DNA of 64,000 nucleotides, taken from positions 596-64,595 of the forward strand of contig JAEUHD010000275.1 in NCBI GenBank assembly GCA_016793645.1, in the 5' to 3' direction. Below, in pieces: positions 49,420 through 59,685 of the stretch. The first letter of the stretch is position 1. Each line of letters starts with the position of its first letter. Origin of the DNA: Verrucomicrobiales bacterium. Its GTDB lineage: Bacteria; Verrucomicrobiota; Verrucomicrobiia; Limisphaerales; UBA9464. A program made the translations under genes and the position numbers. The notes under the pieces are model-generated. The model was not told the origin of the DNA. It saw only the letters and a list, made by a program, of their open reading frames with translations, and did not search any database.

Positions 49420-49890
49420 ATGCTGACAACGCAATCCGCCGAAGGGCTTCCTTCGGGTTCGGAGTTTCGCTTCACCGTGGTCGCCTCAAAATACAACGCG
49501 ATCTACGTCGACGGACTGGTGCGGGCGGCACTGGGAGCCCTTCAATCCGCGGGCGCACCGGATTCGGAGGTTCTCCGCGTTCCTGGCTCCTGGGAGATTC
49601 CTGTCGTGGCCGCGACCGTGGCCCGGCGAAGTCGGGGACGACCCGATGCCATCCTGTGTTTTGGGGTGATCTGGCAGGGGGAAACGCTCCACGCCCAGCA
49701 CATCGGCGATGCCGTGAGTGACGCCTTGATGCGACTGGCGGTCGAATCCGGAATTCCCGTGATCCACCAGGTGTTGACCGTGTCCACTGAGGAGCAGGCG
49801 GTGGCCCGCTGTCTCAATCCCGACACGAACCGGGGATTGGAAGCAGCCCGGACGGCGCTCGAGATGGCCCGATTGCTCCGGAACCTTTGA
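49420..49890 (+). CDS. ribH: 6,7-dimethyl-8-ribityllumazine synthase
   Basis: VVASKYN, VPGSWEIP, GVIWQGETLH and PVIHQVLT. Follows ribBA. Confidence 0.93.
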   Translation: MLTTQSAEGLPSGSEFRFTVVASKYNAIYVDGLVRAALGALQSAGAPDSEVLRVPGSWEIPVVAATVARRSRGRPDAILCFGVIWQGETLHAQHIGDAVSDALMRLAVESGIPVIHQVLTVSTEEQAVARCLNPDTNRGLEAARTALEMARLLRNL

Positions 49891-49904
49891 GCCGGACCCG
49901 CGGA

Positions 49905-52235
49905 ATGGGGAATCGACGCGTCATGGGGATCCTCGCCGCCGGCGCCACGCTGGTCGCCATCGCCGCCCATTGGCTTTCATCGTCGAGATCCCCCGGGACG
50001 AATTCCAGGATGACTCCGGAAGCGGCAGAGGCCGCCGCCCGAGCCTATCTGGCACTGGAAGCCCGGGAACAGGAAGTGGATCGGACCCTGTGGGCGCCCG
50101 AAATCAGCGCCGAGCGCTATGAGGACGAGATCAACCGGCTTTGGGATGCCCTGAATGCGGCGACCCATCGCTGGGAGATCCTCGCCGCCTATCCGATTTT
50201 GGAGTACCGGATTCCCGAACTTGCAGCCCCCACAAGTCGCCCCCATGGCATTTCCCGGAGGATCCAGGCCTCCGGACATCCTCGCGTTTGGGACTCCCCA
50301 TCGTGGAGGGCGTGGTGCCGGGAAATGGCCCAAGGCGGGTGGACGCTGGAAGGCACCCATTGGGCTCTGGTGGGGCATCGTGGCCGCACCAACGCTTCCC
50401 CTGCGGAATCGACCGTCCGACTGTCCGCACGACTGCTCAACGCCGCCCAGGACCGGCGGGTGAGCCTCCAGGCGGTGGTGTTGATAGATTGGGCTCCCGA
50501 GGAATCCCCGACGCCGATGGCAACGTCTGCGACGGTTGTGTCCGTGGAACTCCTGGATCGGACGGGTCCGGCACCGTTCTTACGTTGGTTTGGGGTGGAC
50601 CTCCCTGAAGGCGGCGGCGTTTTCAACGACCCTCTCCTGGTCCGCGATCTGAATGGAGATGGGCGTCCCGAAATCCTCCTCGTGGGGGCCGGGGAACTGT
50701 GGGTGAACCGGACTGGGGAAACGAATGCCGACGCCCCGTTTCGTCGGGAAACGGCGGGGACCCTTCCGAGGGAGCGAATCCAGGCCGCAGTTTGCGCAGA
50801 CGCGGATGGGGATGGGTTGGAGGATTTGATTCTCGCGGGACGGGAGGGCGTCCGGTGGATCCGCGGAACCGGCAGAACTCCCTGGGGGCAAACCCAGGTT
50901 GGCTGGAGATCACCGTCGGTTCTCAAGCATCCGCAGGCCCTGACTGCAGGGGATGTGGATGGCGACGGGGATCTCGATCTTTGGCTGGTGCAGTACAAGC
51001 TTCCCTACCAGCAGGGACAGTTTCCGACTCCCTGGTTTGATGCCCGCGATGGGTTCCCCTCCTATCTCCTCCTCAATGATGGCCATGGACAGTTTCAGGA
51101 CGGCACCGATGCCTCCGGACTGTCGCGTATCCGCCACCGACGAGGCTACAGTGCCTCGTTCGTGGATCTCGATCTGGACGGGAATTTGGACCTGGTCCAG
51201 GTGAGCGACTTCGCCGGGGTGGACGTGCTGCTCAATGACGGACGCGGGCATTTCCGGGAGGGGGCGGACGTCCTGGGCCCCGAGTCGCGCGCCTTTGGGA
51301 TGTCCCATTGCATTGCCGACGCCAACGGGGATGGCGTCCCCGATCTCCTGATGCTGGGGATGGGATCCACCGTCGCCGAACGCCTGGTGATGCTGGGGCT
51401 TGAACGGCGGGTGTCGGGAGAGCAGGCGGGGACCGTCGGGGCCATGATCCGCGGGAACCGCCTCTATTTTGGAACCCGACGCGCCGGGGCTCCCCTGCGT
51501 CCCGCACGCGAACCCATTGGCGAAGGAATCCGGCAGACCGGATGGACCTGGGGCGCGGCGTGGGAGGATTTCGACAATGATGGATGGCTCGACCTGGCGG
51601 TGGCCAACGGACACGAAACGCGAGCCAGCACCTCGGATTATGAACGCCAGTTCTGGCTCCATGACCGGTTCGTCGCCGGATCCGAAAACAATCCGGCTGC
51701 TGAGTTTTACTTTCGGACCGCGGCCGGGCGCCGACTGGCGGCGGCGGCGAGCTATGGTGGGTGGCAGGACAATCAGCTGCGATTGGGAAGCCCGGCGGGC
51801 GAAAGCCCGGATGTCGCCTGGCTACTCGGGTTCGCCGAACCGGCTGACTCCAGAAATCTGGTCGCCGCCGATCTGGACCTGGACGGTCGGCTGGATTTGG
51901 TGGTGACCACCCAGGAGGGCTGGCCGGCACCACGACAGCGTCTGCTCGTCTATCGGAATCAAGTCGACGCCGGCGACTGGGCTGGAATCCTGTTGGACGG
52001 GATGCCCACTGGAACCCGGGTGGAGCTCGACCCGGGAGAAAGGGCGTATTCGCGATGGATCCTCACCGGGGATGGCTTCCGATCCCAGGGGCCGGCCGCA
52101 GTTCATTTCGGACTCGGACACGCTCCCGTGTCCCGGGCCAGGATTTTCCGTCCGGGAAGGAAGGAAGTTGACCTGAAATCCCCACTGACGGGCCGTTGGA
52201 CCGTTTATCCGGATCCCAAGGCGGGGCAGGAGTGA
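49905..52235 (+). CDS. Second CRTAC1/FG-GAP propeller protein with degenerate ASPIC/UnbV end and an extra N-terminal domain
   Basis: N-terminal TM helix. Repeats DLNGDGRPEI, DADGDGLEDL, DVDGDGDLDL, DLDLDGNLDL and DFDNDGWLDL. C-terminal GDGFRSQ...HFGLG. Start is TTG 49887 or ATG 49905. Confidence 0.85.
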   Translation: MGNRRVMGILAAGATLVAIAAHWLSSSRSPGTNSRMTPEAAEAAARAYLALEAREQEVDRTLWAPEISAERYEDEINRLWDALNAATHRWEILAAYPILEYRIPELAAPTSRPHGISRRIQASGHPRVWDSPSWRAWCREMAQGGWTLEGTHWALVGHRGRTNASPAESTVRLSARLLNAAQDRRVSLQAVVLIDWAPEESPTPMATSATVVSVELLDRTGPAPFLRWFGVDLPEGGGVFNDPLLVRDLNGDGRPEILLVGAGELWVNRTGETNADAPFRRETAGTLPRERIQAAVCADADGDGLEDLILAGREGVRWIRGTGRTPWGQTQVGWRSPSVLKHPQALTAGDVDGDGDLDLWLVQYKLPYQQGQFPTPWFDARDGFPSYLLLNDGHGQFQDGTDASGLSRIRHRRGYSASFVDLDLDGNLDLVQVSDFAGVDVLLNDGRGHFREGADVLGPESRAFGMSHCIADANGDGVPDLLMLGMGSTVAERLVMLGLERRVSGEQAGTVGAMIRGNRLYFGTRRAGAPLRPAREPIGEGIRQTGWTWGAAWEDFDNDGWLDLAVANGHETRASTSDYERQFWLHDRFVAGSENNPAAEFYFRTAAGRRLAAAASYGGWQDNQLRLGSPAGESPDVAWLLGFAEPADSRNLVAADLDLDGRLDLVVTTQEGWPAPRQRLLVYRNQVDAGDWAGILLDGMPTGTRVELDPGERAYSRWILTGDGFRSQGPAAVHFGLGHAPVSRARIFRPGRKEVDLKSPLTGRWTVYPDPKAGQE

Positions 52236-52244
52236 TCTGTGATG

Positions 52245-54251
52245 TCAGGCGGCCGCGGGGGCTGGAGAACCAAAACCGGGCAACTTCGGGGGTACGGGCT
52301 TGATCACCTCGGGCAACGGGGTGGCAGCCTGTGCGCCGCTGGGCGGATCAATCTTCGTTGAGTCCGCGGGTGGAGGGGTAAACTTCCCGGTCTTGACGAT
52401 CTCCTCGACCTGGGCGCCGTCCAGCGTTTCGAATTCCAGGAGGGCGTTGGCGATGATCTCGAGTTTATCGCGGTTCTCGTCGATCAGTCGTTTCGCCGTG
52501 TTGTAGCCATCCTCCACGAACCGCTTCACCTCGGCATCGATGAGCTCAGCGGTCTCGTCGCTGTAGTCCTTGGATCGCATCATGTCGCGTCCGAGGAAGA
52601 CGTATTCCTGGGATTCCCCGTACAGCACGTGTCCCAGCTTTTCGCTCATTCCCCAGTGCATGACCATCGACTTGGCAATCGCGGTCGCCTGTTGAATGTC
52701 GCCGGAGGCGCCACTGGAAATGTCATCAATCACCAGGGATTCGGCAATCCTCCCCGCCATGGTCATTGTGATCATGTCCAACGCCTGTTTGCGACGCATG
52801 TTCAGGACATCCTCCTTGGGGAGGGACATGGTGACCCCCAGGGCGCGGCCGCGGGGGATGATGGTTACCTTGTGAAGCGGATGGGTGTGCTGCAGGAGCA
52901 CATTGACCAACGCATGTCCGGCTTCGTGCCATGCCGTGGCGCGCTTCTCCTCCTCCGACATCGCGAGGCTTCGGCGTTCGCGTCCCCAGCGGACCTTGTC
53001 CCGGGCCTCCTCCAGTTCATGCATGCCAATCGCCTTTCGCCCGGCGCTGGCGGCAATGAGGGCGGCCTCGTTCAGTAGATTGGCCAGCTCGGCGCCGGAG
53101 AAACCGGGAGTGCCCCGCGCGATCACCGAGAGATCCACACCGCCCTCCAGTTTCACGTTCTTGGCGTGGACCTTCAGGATCGCCTCACGACCGCGGACAT
53201 CCGGCAGATTGACGGTAACCTGGCGGTCAAAGCGGCCCGGTCGAAGGAGGGCGGGATCGAGGACATCGGGCCGGTTGGTCGCCGCGATGATGATGATGCC
53301 CTCGGTGGTGTCGAATCCGTCCATCTCGACCAGCAGGGCGTTCAGGGTCTGTTCGCGTTCATCATTGCCACCGCCCATTCCATGACCGCGGGCGCGGCCT
53401 ACGGCGTCGATTTCGTCGATGAAAATCAGGCAGGGCGTGCTCTTGCGCGCCTGCTCAAACATGTCCCGGACCCGGCTGGCGCCGACTCCGACAAACATCT
53501 CGACGAAGTCGGATCCGCTGATGCTGAAAAAGGCCGCGTCCGCCTCTCCCGCGATGGCCTTGGCCAGGAGGGTTTTTCCGGTGCCCGGGGGACCCACCAT
53601 GAGCACCCCCTTGGGAATCCGCCCGCCGAGCTTTTGAAACTTCTTGGGGTCCTTGAGGAATTCAACCAATTCCGCGACCTCCTCCTTGGCCTCCTCCACT
53701 CCGGCGACGTCCTTGAAGGTCGTCTTGTTCTTCTCCTTGCTGAGCAGCCGGGCCTTGGATTTTCCAAAGCTCAGGGCTCCCCGTCCCGCAGCCTTGATTT
53801 GACGCACGAAGAAAAACCAGATGAGGAGCGCCAGGACCAGGATGGGAAGGTATCCGAGAAGAATCTGGAGGAGGGCGTTGTTGTTCTCCACCGGGGTGAA
53901 GACGCCGGTGTCCATGAGCGCATCCATTCGGTCGGGGGAGAGCACCGCCTCCACCTGGAAGTTCGCCAAATTGGTTTTTCCCTCCTCGATGACGTAGTAC
54001 TGGCCCCTCACCAGGCGCAGTTGGGACTGCGGTGCGAAATTGATCTCGCCGTTGGTCACCAGATTGGACGCGACCAGATCAAAGAGCTTCTTCTGGGTGA
54101 TGGGGGTGATCCGGCGTTGCGAGTTCTTCTGGAAGAAGAGCAGCAGGGGAATCAATGCGGCAACTGCGATCCAGACCAGCCAGGTTCGCGCGGGGAAATT
54201 GGATCCTCCGGAGGACGAGGGACCGCGACTACTGTCGTTTTGCTCAGGCAT
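52245..54251 (-). CDS. ftsH: ATP-dependent zinc metalloprotease FtsH
   Basis: Two TM helices, [37 protein letters not shown] and HEAGH. Confidence 0.98.
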   Translation of the reverse strand: MPEQNDSSRGPSSSGGSNFPARTWLVWIAVAALIPLLLFFQKNSQRRITPITQKKLFDLVASNLVTNGEINFAPQSQLRLVRGQYYVIEEGKTNLANFQVEAVLSPDRMDALMDTGVFTPVENNNALLQILLGYLPILVLALLIWFFFVRQIKAAGRGALSFGKSKARLLSKEKNKTTFKDVAGVEEAKEEVAELVEFLKDPKKFQKLGGRIPKGVLMVGPPGTGKTLLAKAIAGEADAAFFSISGSDFVEMFVGVGASRVRDMFEQARKSTPCLIFIDEIDAVGRARGHGMGGGNDEREQTLNALLVEMDGFDTTEGIIIIAATNRPDVLDPALLRPGRFDRQVTVNLPDVRGREAILKVHAKNVKLEGGVDLSVIARGTPGFSGAELANLLNEAALIAASAGRKAIGMHELEEARDKVRWGRERRSLAMSEEEKRATAWHEAGHALVNVLLQHTHPLHKVTIIPRGRALGVTMSLPKEDVLNMRRKQALDMITMTMAGRIAESLVIDDISSGASGDIQQATAIAKSMVMHWGMSEKLGHVLYGESQEYVFLGRDMMRSKDYSDETAELIDAEVKRFVEDGYNTAKRLIDENRDKLEIIANALLEFETLDGAQVEEIVKTGKFTPPPADSTKIDPPSGAQAATPLPEVIKPVPPKLPGFGSPAPAAA

Positions 54252-54266
54252 GTCGAACTGGTCAGC

Positions 54267-54294
54267 AAGCTACCAGCGCCCCGGGACCGCGCAA
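54267..54294 (-). promoter_or_regulatory. Putative sigma70-type promoter for ftsH
   Basis: On the minus strand: TTGCGC (54294-54289), 16-nt spacer, TAGCTT (54272-54267), ending 15 nt before the ATG at 54251. Confidence 0.5.
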
Positions 54295-54313
54295 GCGGCG
54301 TTTCCCGGCGTAA

Positions 54314-55681
54314 TCAGGCTCCAGAACGCCACTTCCAAAGGAGGCAGCGCCGGACGCCGGGGCCCATCTTGAACTGTTCTCCGGGAGGAAGTCCTTCGAC
54401 CCAGAAGATTTCCCCCTCACGGGTGGCCGCCACCGCAAGCGAGCGGCGGTGCTCGCGAGGGATCCTTCGGTTGGTCAGCAGATCCTGAAGCTTTGCCGCC
54501 CGGGACATTCCCAGCGGCTGAAAGCGGTCTCCCGGTAGCCAGTGACGCAGGACGATGGATGTCCCGACCGCCGCCGCCGAGAAGCATTCGAGTCCAGGTC
54601 GGAAACCTGCCGCCCGGCGACCGACGTCCCGGTAGGCGTAGGTCACCCGGACTCCGTCGAAGGAGATCGCCCCCCCCGCCTTCATGAGTTTGAACTGGCA
54701 CCGTTCCTTCGCAAACGGCGGAGGCGAGACCGGGTCCACCTTCCGAACGGTGCCGTCGGTTTCGCGAACAATCCGGAGGCCGGGCGCGAGTTCCTGGACG
54801 ACTTCGGATTCCCGGAGGGATTCGATGCGCTCATAGCCCGGTTCATGGCCCATCTGCCGCACTTGAAGCCGAAGGACCGCGCGTTGCACCGCGGGATGCA
54901 ATTCGTGGAAGGGTTCCCGGCGCCGCGCCGCGAGCCATTTCTCGGCCCATTGCGAAACGAACTCGGCCTCGGCGCCAACGATGCTCCCGGTCCGTCGCAG
55001 GAGGTTCCGAATGGCGGGAGCATAGGCGCGCTCCAGATGGGGCAATAGTTGATGGCGGATCCGGTTCCTGAGAATGCGCGTATCCCGGTTGCTCCGGTCC
55101 TCGCGATAGGGCACCCCGGCCGAATGAGCCGCATTCCGCAGCTGACTCCGGGTGAAGCCCAGCAAGGGGCGAATGAGGTGAATCTCCGGATTGGAAGGGG
55201 AGGGATTCCGCCAGGGCATGCCTCCGAGTCCCTCTCCGCCGGTTCCGCGGAGCAGGCGGAGCAGAATGAGCTCCGCCTGATCATCAGCGTGGTGGGCCAG
55301 GGCGATGACCGGGATCCCCAAACCGGCCGCCGTGCGGGCCAGGAAGTCATGGCGCAGATGGCGTCCCGCCATTTCCAAGGATTCCCCGGTTTCGACCGAC
55401 CTGCGGCGAACGTCAAGCCTCTCGACGAAGACCGGCAACTCCATGTCCGCGGCCACGCGACGCACCAGGGCCTCATCCGCATCGGCAGCCCGCGGACGAA
55501 GTTGGTGGTGGGCATGGGCGAGGGTCAGTCGCAACGCGAGTCCGGGTGCCAGGGTGTGGAGGACATGCAGCAGGACCATGGAATCCATTCCGCCGGACAC
55601 CGCCACGAGAATCCGGCCGTCCTTGGGCAGGAGGCGCCGGCTCTCCAGGGAGCGGGCCACGGATTCCAGAAGGGCGTGCAC
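54314..55681 (-). CDS. tilS: tRNA(Ile)-lysidine synthetase
   Basis: VAVSGGMDSMVLL, AHAHHQLR, ALAHHADDQAE, IRPLL, DRSN, RNRIR and C-terminal RHWLPGDRF...KLQDLL. Start probably GTG 55681 (the track uses 55732). Confidence 0.95.
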   Translation of the reverse strand: MHALLESVARSLESRRLLPKDGRILVAVSGGMDSMVLLHVLHTLAPGLALRLTLAHAHHQLRPRAADADEALVRRVAADMELPVFVERLDVRRRSVETGESLEMAGRHLRHDFLARTAAGLGIPVIALAHHADDQAELILLRLLRGTGGEGLGGMPWRNPSPSNPEIHLIRPLLGFTRSQLRNAAHSAGVPYREDRSNRDTRILRNRIRHQLLPHLERAYAPAIRNLLRRTGSIVGAEAEFVSQWAEKWLAARRREPFHELHPAVQRAVLRLQVRQMGHEPGYERIESLRESEVVQELAPGLRIVRETDGTVRKVDPVSPPPFAKERCQFKLMKAGGAISFDGVRVTYAYRDVGRRAAGFRPGLECFSAAAVGTSIVLRHWLPGDRFQPLGMSRAAKLQDLLTNRRIPREHRRSLAVAATREGEIFWVEGLPPGEQFKMGPGVRRCLLWKWRSGA

Positions 55682-55687
55682 GACGGG

Positions 55688-55693
55688 AGCGTA
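55688..55693 (-). promoter_or_regulatory. -10 box of a putative leaderless tilS transcript
   Basis: TACGCT on the minus strand, 6 nt before GTG 55681. No Shine-Dalgarno sequence. Confidence 0.4.
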
Positions 55694-55732
55694 GATGGTT
55701 TTCGCGGCGAAGGGGAGGCATGAAGCTTGCAC

Positions 55733-55761
55733 TTGGCTCGGCGCTTGGGGCTCCGTAGCGT
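55733..55761 (+). promoter_or_regulatory. Putative sigma70-type promoter for lptD
   Basis: TTGGCT (55733-55738), 17-nt spacer, TAGCGT (55756-55761), ending 12 nt before the ATG at 55774. Confidence 0.5.
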
Positions 55762-55773
55762 CGCGGTCCGCGA

Positions 55774-57987
55774 ATGAGATTCACCCCGCTGGGATTGTCC
55801 ATGCTTCTGACCGCGTCCGCGCTGGGACAGGGACTGATCTCCGCTGCAGGTGGAGCGGACGAGGTCACCATACGGGCTGCGGACGGGCAGGGGGATGCGG
55901 AATTGGACCTGCAGACCCAGGTCGCCACGGCGGCCAACGGGGTGGTGGTCACCTACGGCACCGCCACCCTGACGGCGCGAAAGATCCAGCTCGACATGGC
56001 CAACACCTCGGTTCTGGCCGAGGGGGATGTCAGTCTCCAGCGCATCGGTCCCGACGGACGGGCGGTGCTCTGGCGTGGGGAGAGGATCCGGTACAACTAC
56101 GCCAACGAGACCTTGTCGGCGGAGGATTTTCGTTTTGGCCAGCCCCCCTTCTTTGCGTCCGGCCACCACCTGGAGGGAGGAAAGACGAATTTTGTACAAA
56201 CGGCGGTCGACGCGATTCTCACCACGGATGACGTCGCCGATCCGGATTACCGGATCAAGGCGAGGCGAATCACAATCAGCCAGGACCGGACGATCACGGC
56301 GAAGGAGGCCACGGCCTTGGTGGGCGGCATCCCGGTGATGTATTTTCCCTCCTATTCGAGGACGCTCACGGAGCACAAGTTCTTTTGGACGGCGATGCCC
56401 GGATACCGGAGCACCTGGGGGGCGTTTGCACTGGGGGCTTACCACCAGAACTGGAACACCAACGTCCAGACCTCGCTTGAACTCGACTTCTATTCGAAGC
56501 ACGGACCGGGCGTTGGACCGTCGGTGGAGTACGATCTGGGGCGTTGGGGCAAGGGAAGGGGGACCTTCTATTATGTCCATGATCGCAACCCGGGCGTGGA
56601 CCAGTTCGGGCAGGAGAACCCGACGAACCGGGAGCGGCTCGCACTGAGCCACCAGGCAAATCCGTGGGAGGATTTTTATGCCACGGGTGCCCTCTGGCAG
56701 CAGGGCGATCCCGACATCATCCGGGACTTCTTCCAGAATGAGTACCGCGAAAACACGCCGCAGCCGCTGACCTATTTCGAGGCGGAGCAGCTGTGGAGCA
56801 ATTTCAGCCTGGGAGTCCTCGTGACTCCCCAGGTGAATTCGTTCCAGCCCGCGGTGGAACGCCTGCCCGAGCTGTTCCTCAATGGGGCCCGTCAGCAGGT
56901 GGGGCCGACGCCGCTCTATTACGATTCACAAAGCTCCATCGGCTACTACCGGTTTTCGAACGGCGACTATTCCAATCTCAGTTACGAGGCGTTTCGCGCC
57001 GACACCTACCACCAGCTCACGCTTCCGAAGACTTTCTTCGGATTTCTCAACGTGATCCCGCGCGCGGGTGGCCGGTATACCCACTACGGGGAACCGGAGG
57101 GGCTGGAAACAATCACCACTCCGGGAAACCGCTGGGTCTTCAACACCGGAGGCGAGATCACCTGGAAGGCATCGGCAACCTGGAAGGGGGTCCAGAATGG
57201 CTTTTGGGACTTGAATGGACTCCGGCACGTCATCCAGCCCTCCTTCAATTACGCCTATATTCCCACCCCAAACCTGCTGCCGCGGCAGGTCCCGCAGTTC
57301 GATTACCGCGTTCCGTCCTTCGAGCTGCGCCCCATCGAGTTTCCCGACGACAATTCCATCGATACTCTCGGCTATCGGAATGTCATCCGCCTGTCCCTTT
57401 TCAATCTGCTGGAAACCAAGCGAGCGGGGAGCATTCAGGATTTCGTCAACTGGCAACTCTACACGGACTGGAACCTCGACAGGCAGGAGTCCTTTGAGAC
57501 GACGTTTAGCGACGTGTACTCGCGCCTGATGTTTCAGCCGAAGACCTGGGTCAGCTTTGGATCACTGATGCGCTTCGATGTCGAGGATGGGCGGTTGAAT
57601 GAGTTCGACAACGCTGTGCGGTTCACACCCAACGATGTCTGGAATTGGACGTTCGCCAATCGGTACCTGCGGGAGGACCCGGAACTGCTGAGTGACACCA
57701 GCAACACGTTCTTTTCCACGCTCGGATATCGGTTGAACGAGGACTGGAGTCTGCGGATGAGCCACCAGTTTGAGGCGGCGACGGGGACGATGCAGGCGCA
57801 GTTTTATACGTTGGCGAAGGATTTCAGGAGTTGGGTGGGCGCAATCACCGTGCAGATTTTGGACAATGGACCCAACGGGATCGATTGGACGGTGGGTGTC
57901 GGATTTCAGCTGAAGGCATCGCCGAATCCCAGTCAGCAGGATCGGACCACCGGGCCGAATCGCATGCTGGAGCCTTGGATCTTCTGA
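55774..57987 (+). CDS. lptD: LPS assembly outer-membrane protein LptD
   Basis: Signal peptide, OstA-like N-terminal beta-jellyroll (ATLTARKI...AEGDVSL...GERIRYNY), YRIKARRI, GYRSTWG, ERLPEL and a long alternating beta-strand barrel. Confidence 0.85.
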   Translation: MRFTPLGLSMLLTASALGQGLISAAGGADEVTIRAADGQGDAELDLQTQVATAANGVVVTYGTATLTARKIQLDMANTSVLAEGDVSLQRIGPDGRAVLWRGERIRYNYANETLSAEDFRFGQPPFFASGHHLEGGKTNFVQTAVDAILTTDDVADPDYRIKARRITISQDRTITAKEATALVGGIPVMYFPSYSRTLTEHKFFWTAMPGYRSTWGAFALGAYHQNWNTNVQTSLELDFYSKHGPGVGPSVEYDLGRWGKGRGTFYYVHDRNPGVDQFGQENPTNRERLALSHQANPWEDFYATGALWQQGDPDIIRDFFQNEYRENTPQPLTYFEAEQLWSNFSLGVLVTPQVNSFQPAVERLPELFLNGARQQVGPTPLYYDSQSSIGYYRFSNGDYSNLSYEAFRADTYHQLTLPKTFFGFLNVIPRAGGRYTHYGEPEGLETITTPGNRWVFNTGGEITWKASATWKGVQNGFWDLNGLRHVIQPSFNYAYIPTPNLLPRQVPQFDYRVPSFELRPIEFPDDNSIDTLGYRNVIRLSLFNLLETKRAGSIQDFVNWQLYTDWNLDRQESFETTFSDVYSRLMFQPKTWVSFGSLMRFDVEDGRLNEFDNAVRFTPNDVWNWTFANRYLREDPELLSDTSNTFFSTLGYRLNEDWSLRMSHQFEAATGTMQAQFYTLAKDFRSWVGAITVQILDNGPNGIDWTVGVGFQLKASPNPSQQDRTTGPNRMLEPWIF

Positions 57988-58073
57988 AGCGCGGGGGTGC
58001 GAGGAGTCGGATGGCGTGAGGGAGGGGGAAGGAAATCAACAACGGTTCAGTCCTTCTTTTGAGTCGCCCGTAA

Positions 58074-58101
58074 ACTAAATATAACAAATATTGTGCTAAA
58101 A
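58074..58101. other. dif-like (XerC/XerD) 11-6-11 site candidate
   Basis: ACTAAATATAA-CAAATA-TTGTGCTAAAA. 23/28 bases are A/T. The right arm matches 8/11 positions of the E. coli XerD arm TTATGTTAAAT. Located between convergent genes. Confidence 0.45.
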
Positions 58102-58164
58102 AATTGGGGCGGACTTCAGCCCCCTAGGAAGCCTGCATGTTGCTGGGGATCAATGGTCTTCGTG

Positions 58165-59676
58165 TCAGGTTACCAACCCTTGGATCACCTCGCCATGGAC
58201 ATCCGTGAGTCGACGGTCGACGCCATTGTGACGAAACGTGAGCTGGGTGTGATCGATACCCAGGAGATGCAGCATGGTGGCGTGGATGTCGTAGACCGTC
58301 GTGGGATGATTGCGATCAAGCGGTTTGTAGCCCCAGGGATCACTCTCCCCACAGACCACCCCACCGCGAATGCCACCTCCGGCAAGCCAGTTCGTGAAGC
58401 AGTAGGGATTGTGGTCGCGGCCCTTGCCGCCCTGGGAGCTGGGCATGCGCCCAAACTCCGTCGTCCAGAGGATGATCGTATCGTCGAGCAGGCCCCGCTG
58501 CTTCAAGTCCTGAATCAAGGCCGAGGCACCCCGGGCGAATCCCCGGGCCAAGGGTCCGTGATCCCGACGGATGTCTTCATGGGAGTCCCAGTTGCGGCGC
58601 GGGAACCCGTTATCGTTTCCGGACCAGATTTGGACGAACCGAACACCGCGTTCCACCAGACGCCGGGCGACCATGCATTTGCGCCCAAAACAGTCCATCT
58701 CTTCGGCGGCGTTGATCTCCTTGGGCCAGACCTTGGTGGAACGATCAATGCCGTACAAATCGAGGAGGTAGTCCGGTTCCCGCGAAAGATCCAACGCCTC
58801 CGGAGCCGCCATCTGCATCCGGGCGGCGAGCTCGTAACTTCGGATGCGGGCCTCGAGACGCGAGTCACCGGATCTCGAAGCCGCATGCGCCTCATTCAGA
58901 CGCTCCAAGAGTTCGTGGGCGGCAGCCTCGCTGGTGGGGGTCACAAACTCCCCTCCGGATCCGGGAAAAAGGTCTGCGATGGGCGTTTCGCGACCCGGGA
59001 AGATCATTGTTCCGGCGTGCTGCCCGGGCAGGAATGCCGAATCCCAATTCTTGGGTCCGTTCGACGCGAACCCCCGGTGGTCCGGGAGCACTACAAAGGC
59101 GGGAAGATTCTCATTTTCGCTGCCGAGACCGTAACTCACCCAGCAGCCCATGCCCGGAAACCCGGGCAACTGGAATCCGGTGGATTGGAGATAGGTTGCC
59201 TGGCTGTGGATTCCCGTCTTTCCGACCAGATTGTGAACAAACGCGATGTCGTCCACCACGGGTGCCAAGTCTGCAACGACTTCACTCAAAGGGTGTCCGC
59301 ATTGTCCATAGCGTTGGAATTCCCAGACGGGCTTGAGCCAGGGACCGAGTCCGTCCTGAAAGGCCTCCACTGATTCGCCAAAATCACTCTTCTGTCCGTC
59401 CCGCTTCACCAACTCCTCCTTGAAATCAAAGAGGTCCAGGTGACTGGCGGCGCCCGCCATGAAGAGCTGGATGACGCGCCGGGCCCGGGGGGCATGATGG
59501 GGGCGGTGGGCAAGGGCAGGGTCCCCTGCCCCGGGGTCTGCGGAACCCAGGAGCCCTTCCTGACGGAGAAGGCTCGCCAGCGCCAGTCCTCCCAATCCGC
59601 CTCCGGACCGCCACAGGAACTCACGCCGTGATCCCGGGCCTTCCAAAATTCGACGGCGATGAAAGGGGGATTTCAT
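58165..59676 (-). CDS. DUF1501 domain protein (second locus), twin-arginine N-terminus
   Basis: SRREFL..GGGLGGLAL, IQLFMAGAASHLDLFDFK, RRLVERGVRFVQ, WDSH, TEFGRMP and GRDHN. Confidence 0.92.
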   Translation of the reverse strand: MKSPFHRRRILEGPGSRREFLWRSGGGLGGLALASLLRQEGLLGSADPGAGDPALAHRPHHAPRARRVIQLFMAGAASHLDLFDFKEELVKRDGQKSDFGESVEAFQDGLGPWLKPVWEFQRYGQCGHPLSEVVADLAPVVDDIAFVHNLVGKTGIHSQATYLQSTGFQLPGFPGMGCWVSYGLGSENENLPAFVVLPDHRGFASNGPKNWDSAFLPGQHAGTMIFPGRETPIADLFPGSGGEFVTPTSEAAAHELLERLNEAHAASRSGDSRLEARIRSYELAARMQMAAPEALDLSREPDYLLDLYGIDRSTKVWPKEINAAEEMDCFGRKCMVARRLVERGVRFVQIWSGNDNGFPRRNWDSHEDIRRDHGPLARGFARGASALIQDLKQRGLLDDTIILWTTEFGRMPSSQGGKGRDHNPYCFTNWLAGGGIRGGVVCGESDPWGYKPLDRNHPTTVYDIHATMLHLLGIDHTQLTFRHNGVDRRLTDVHGEVIQGLVT

Positions 59677-59685
59677 GTTCCAGGC

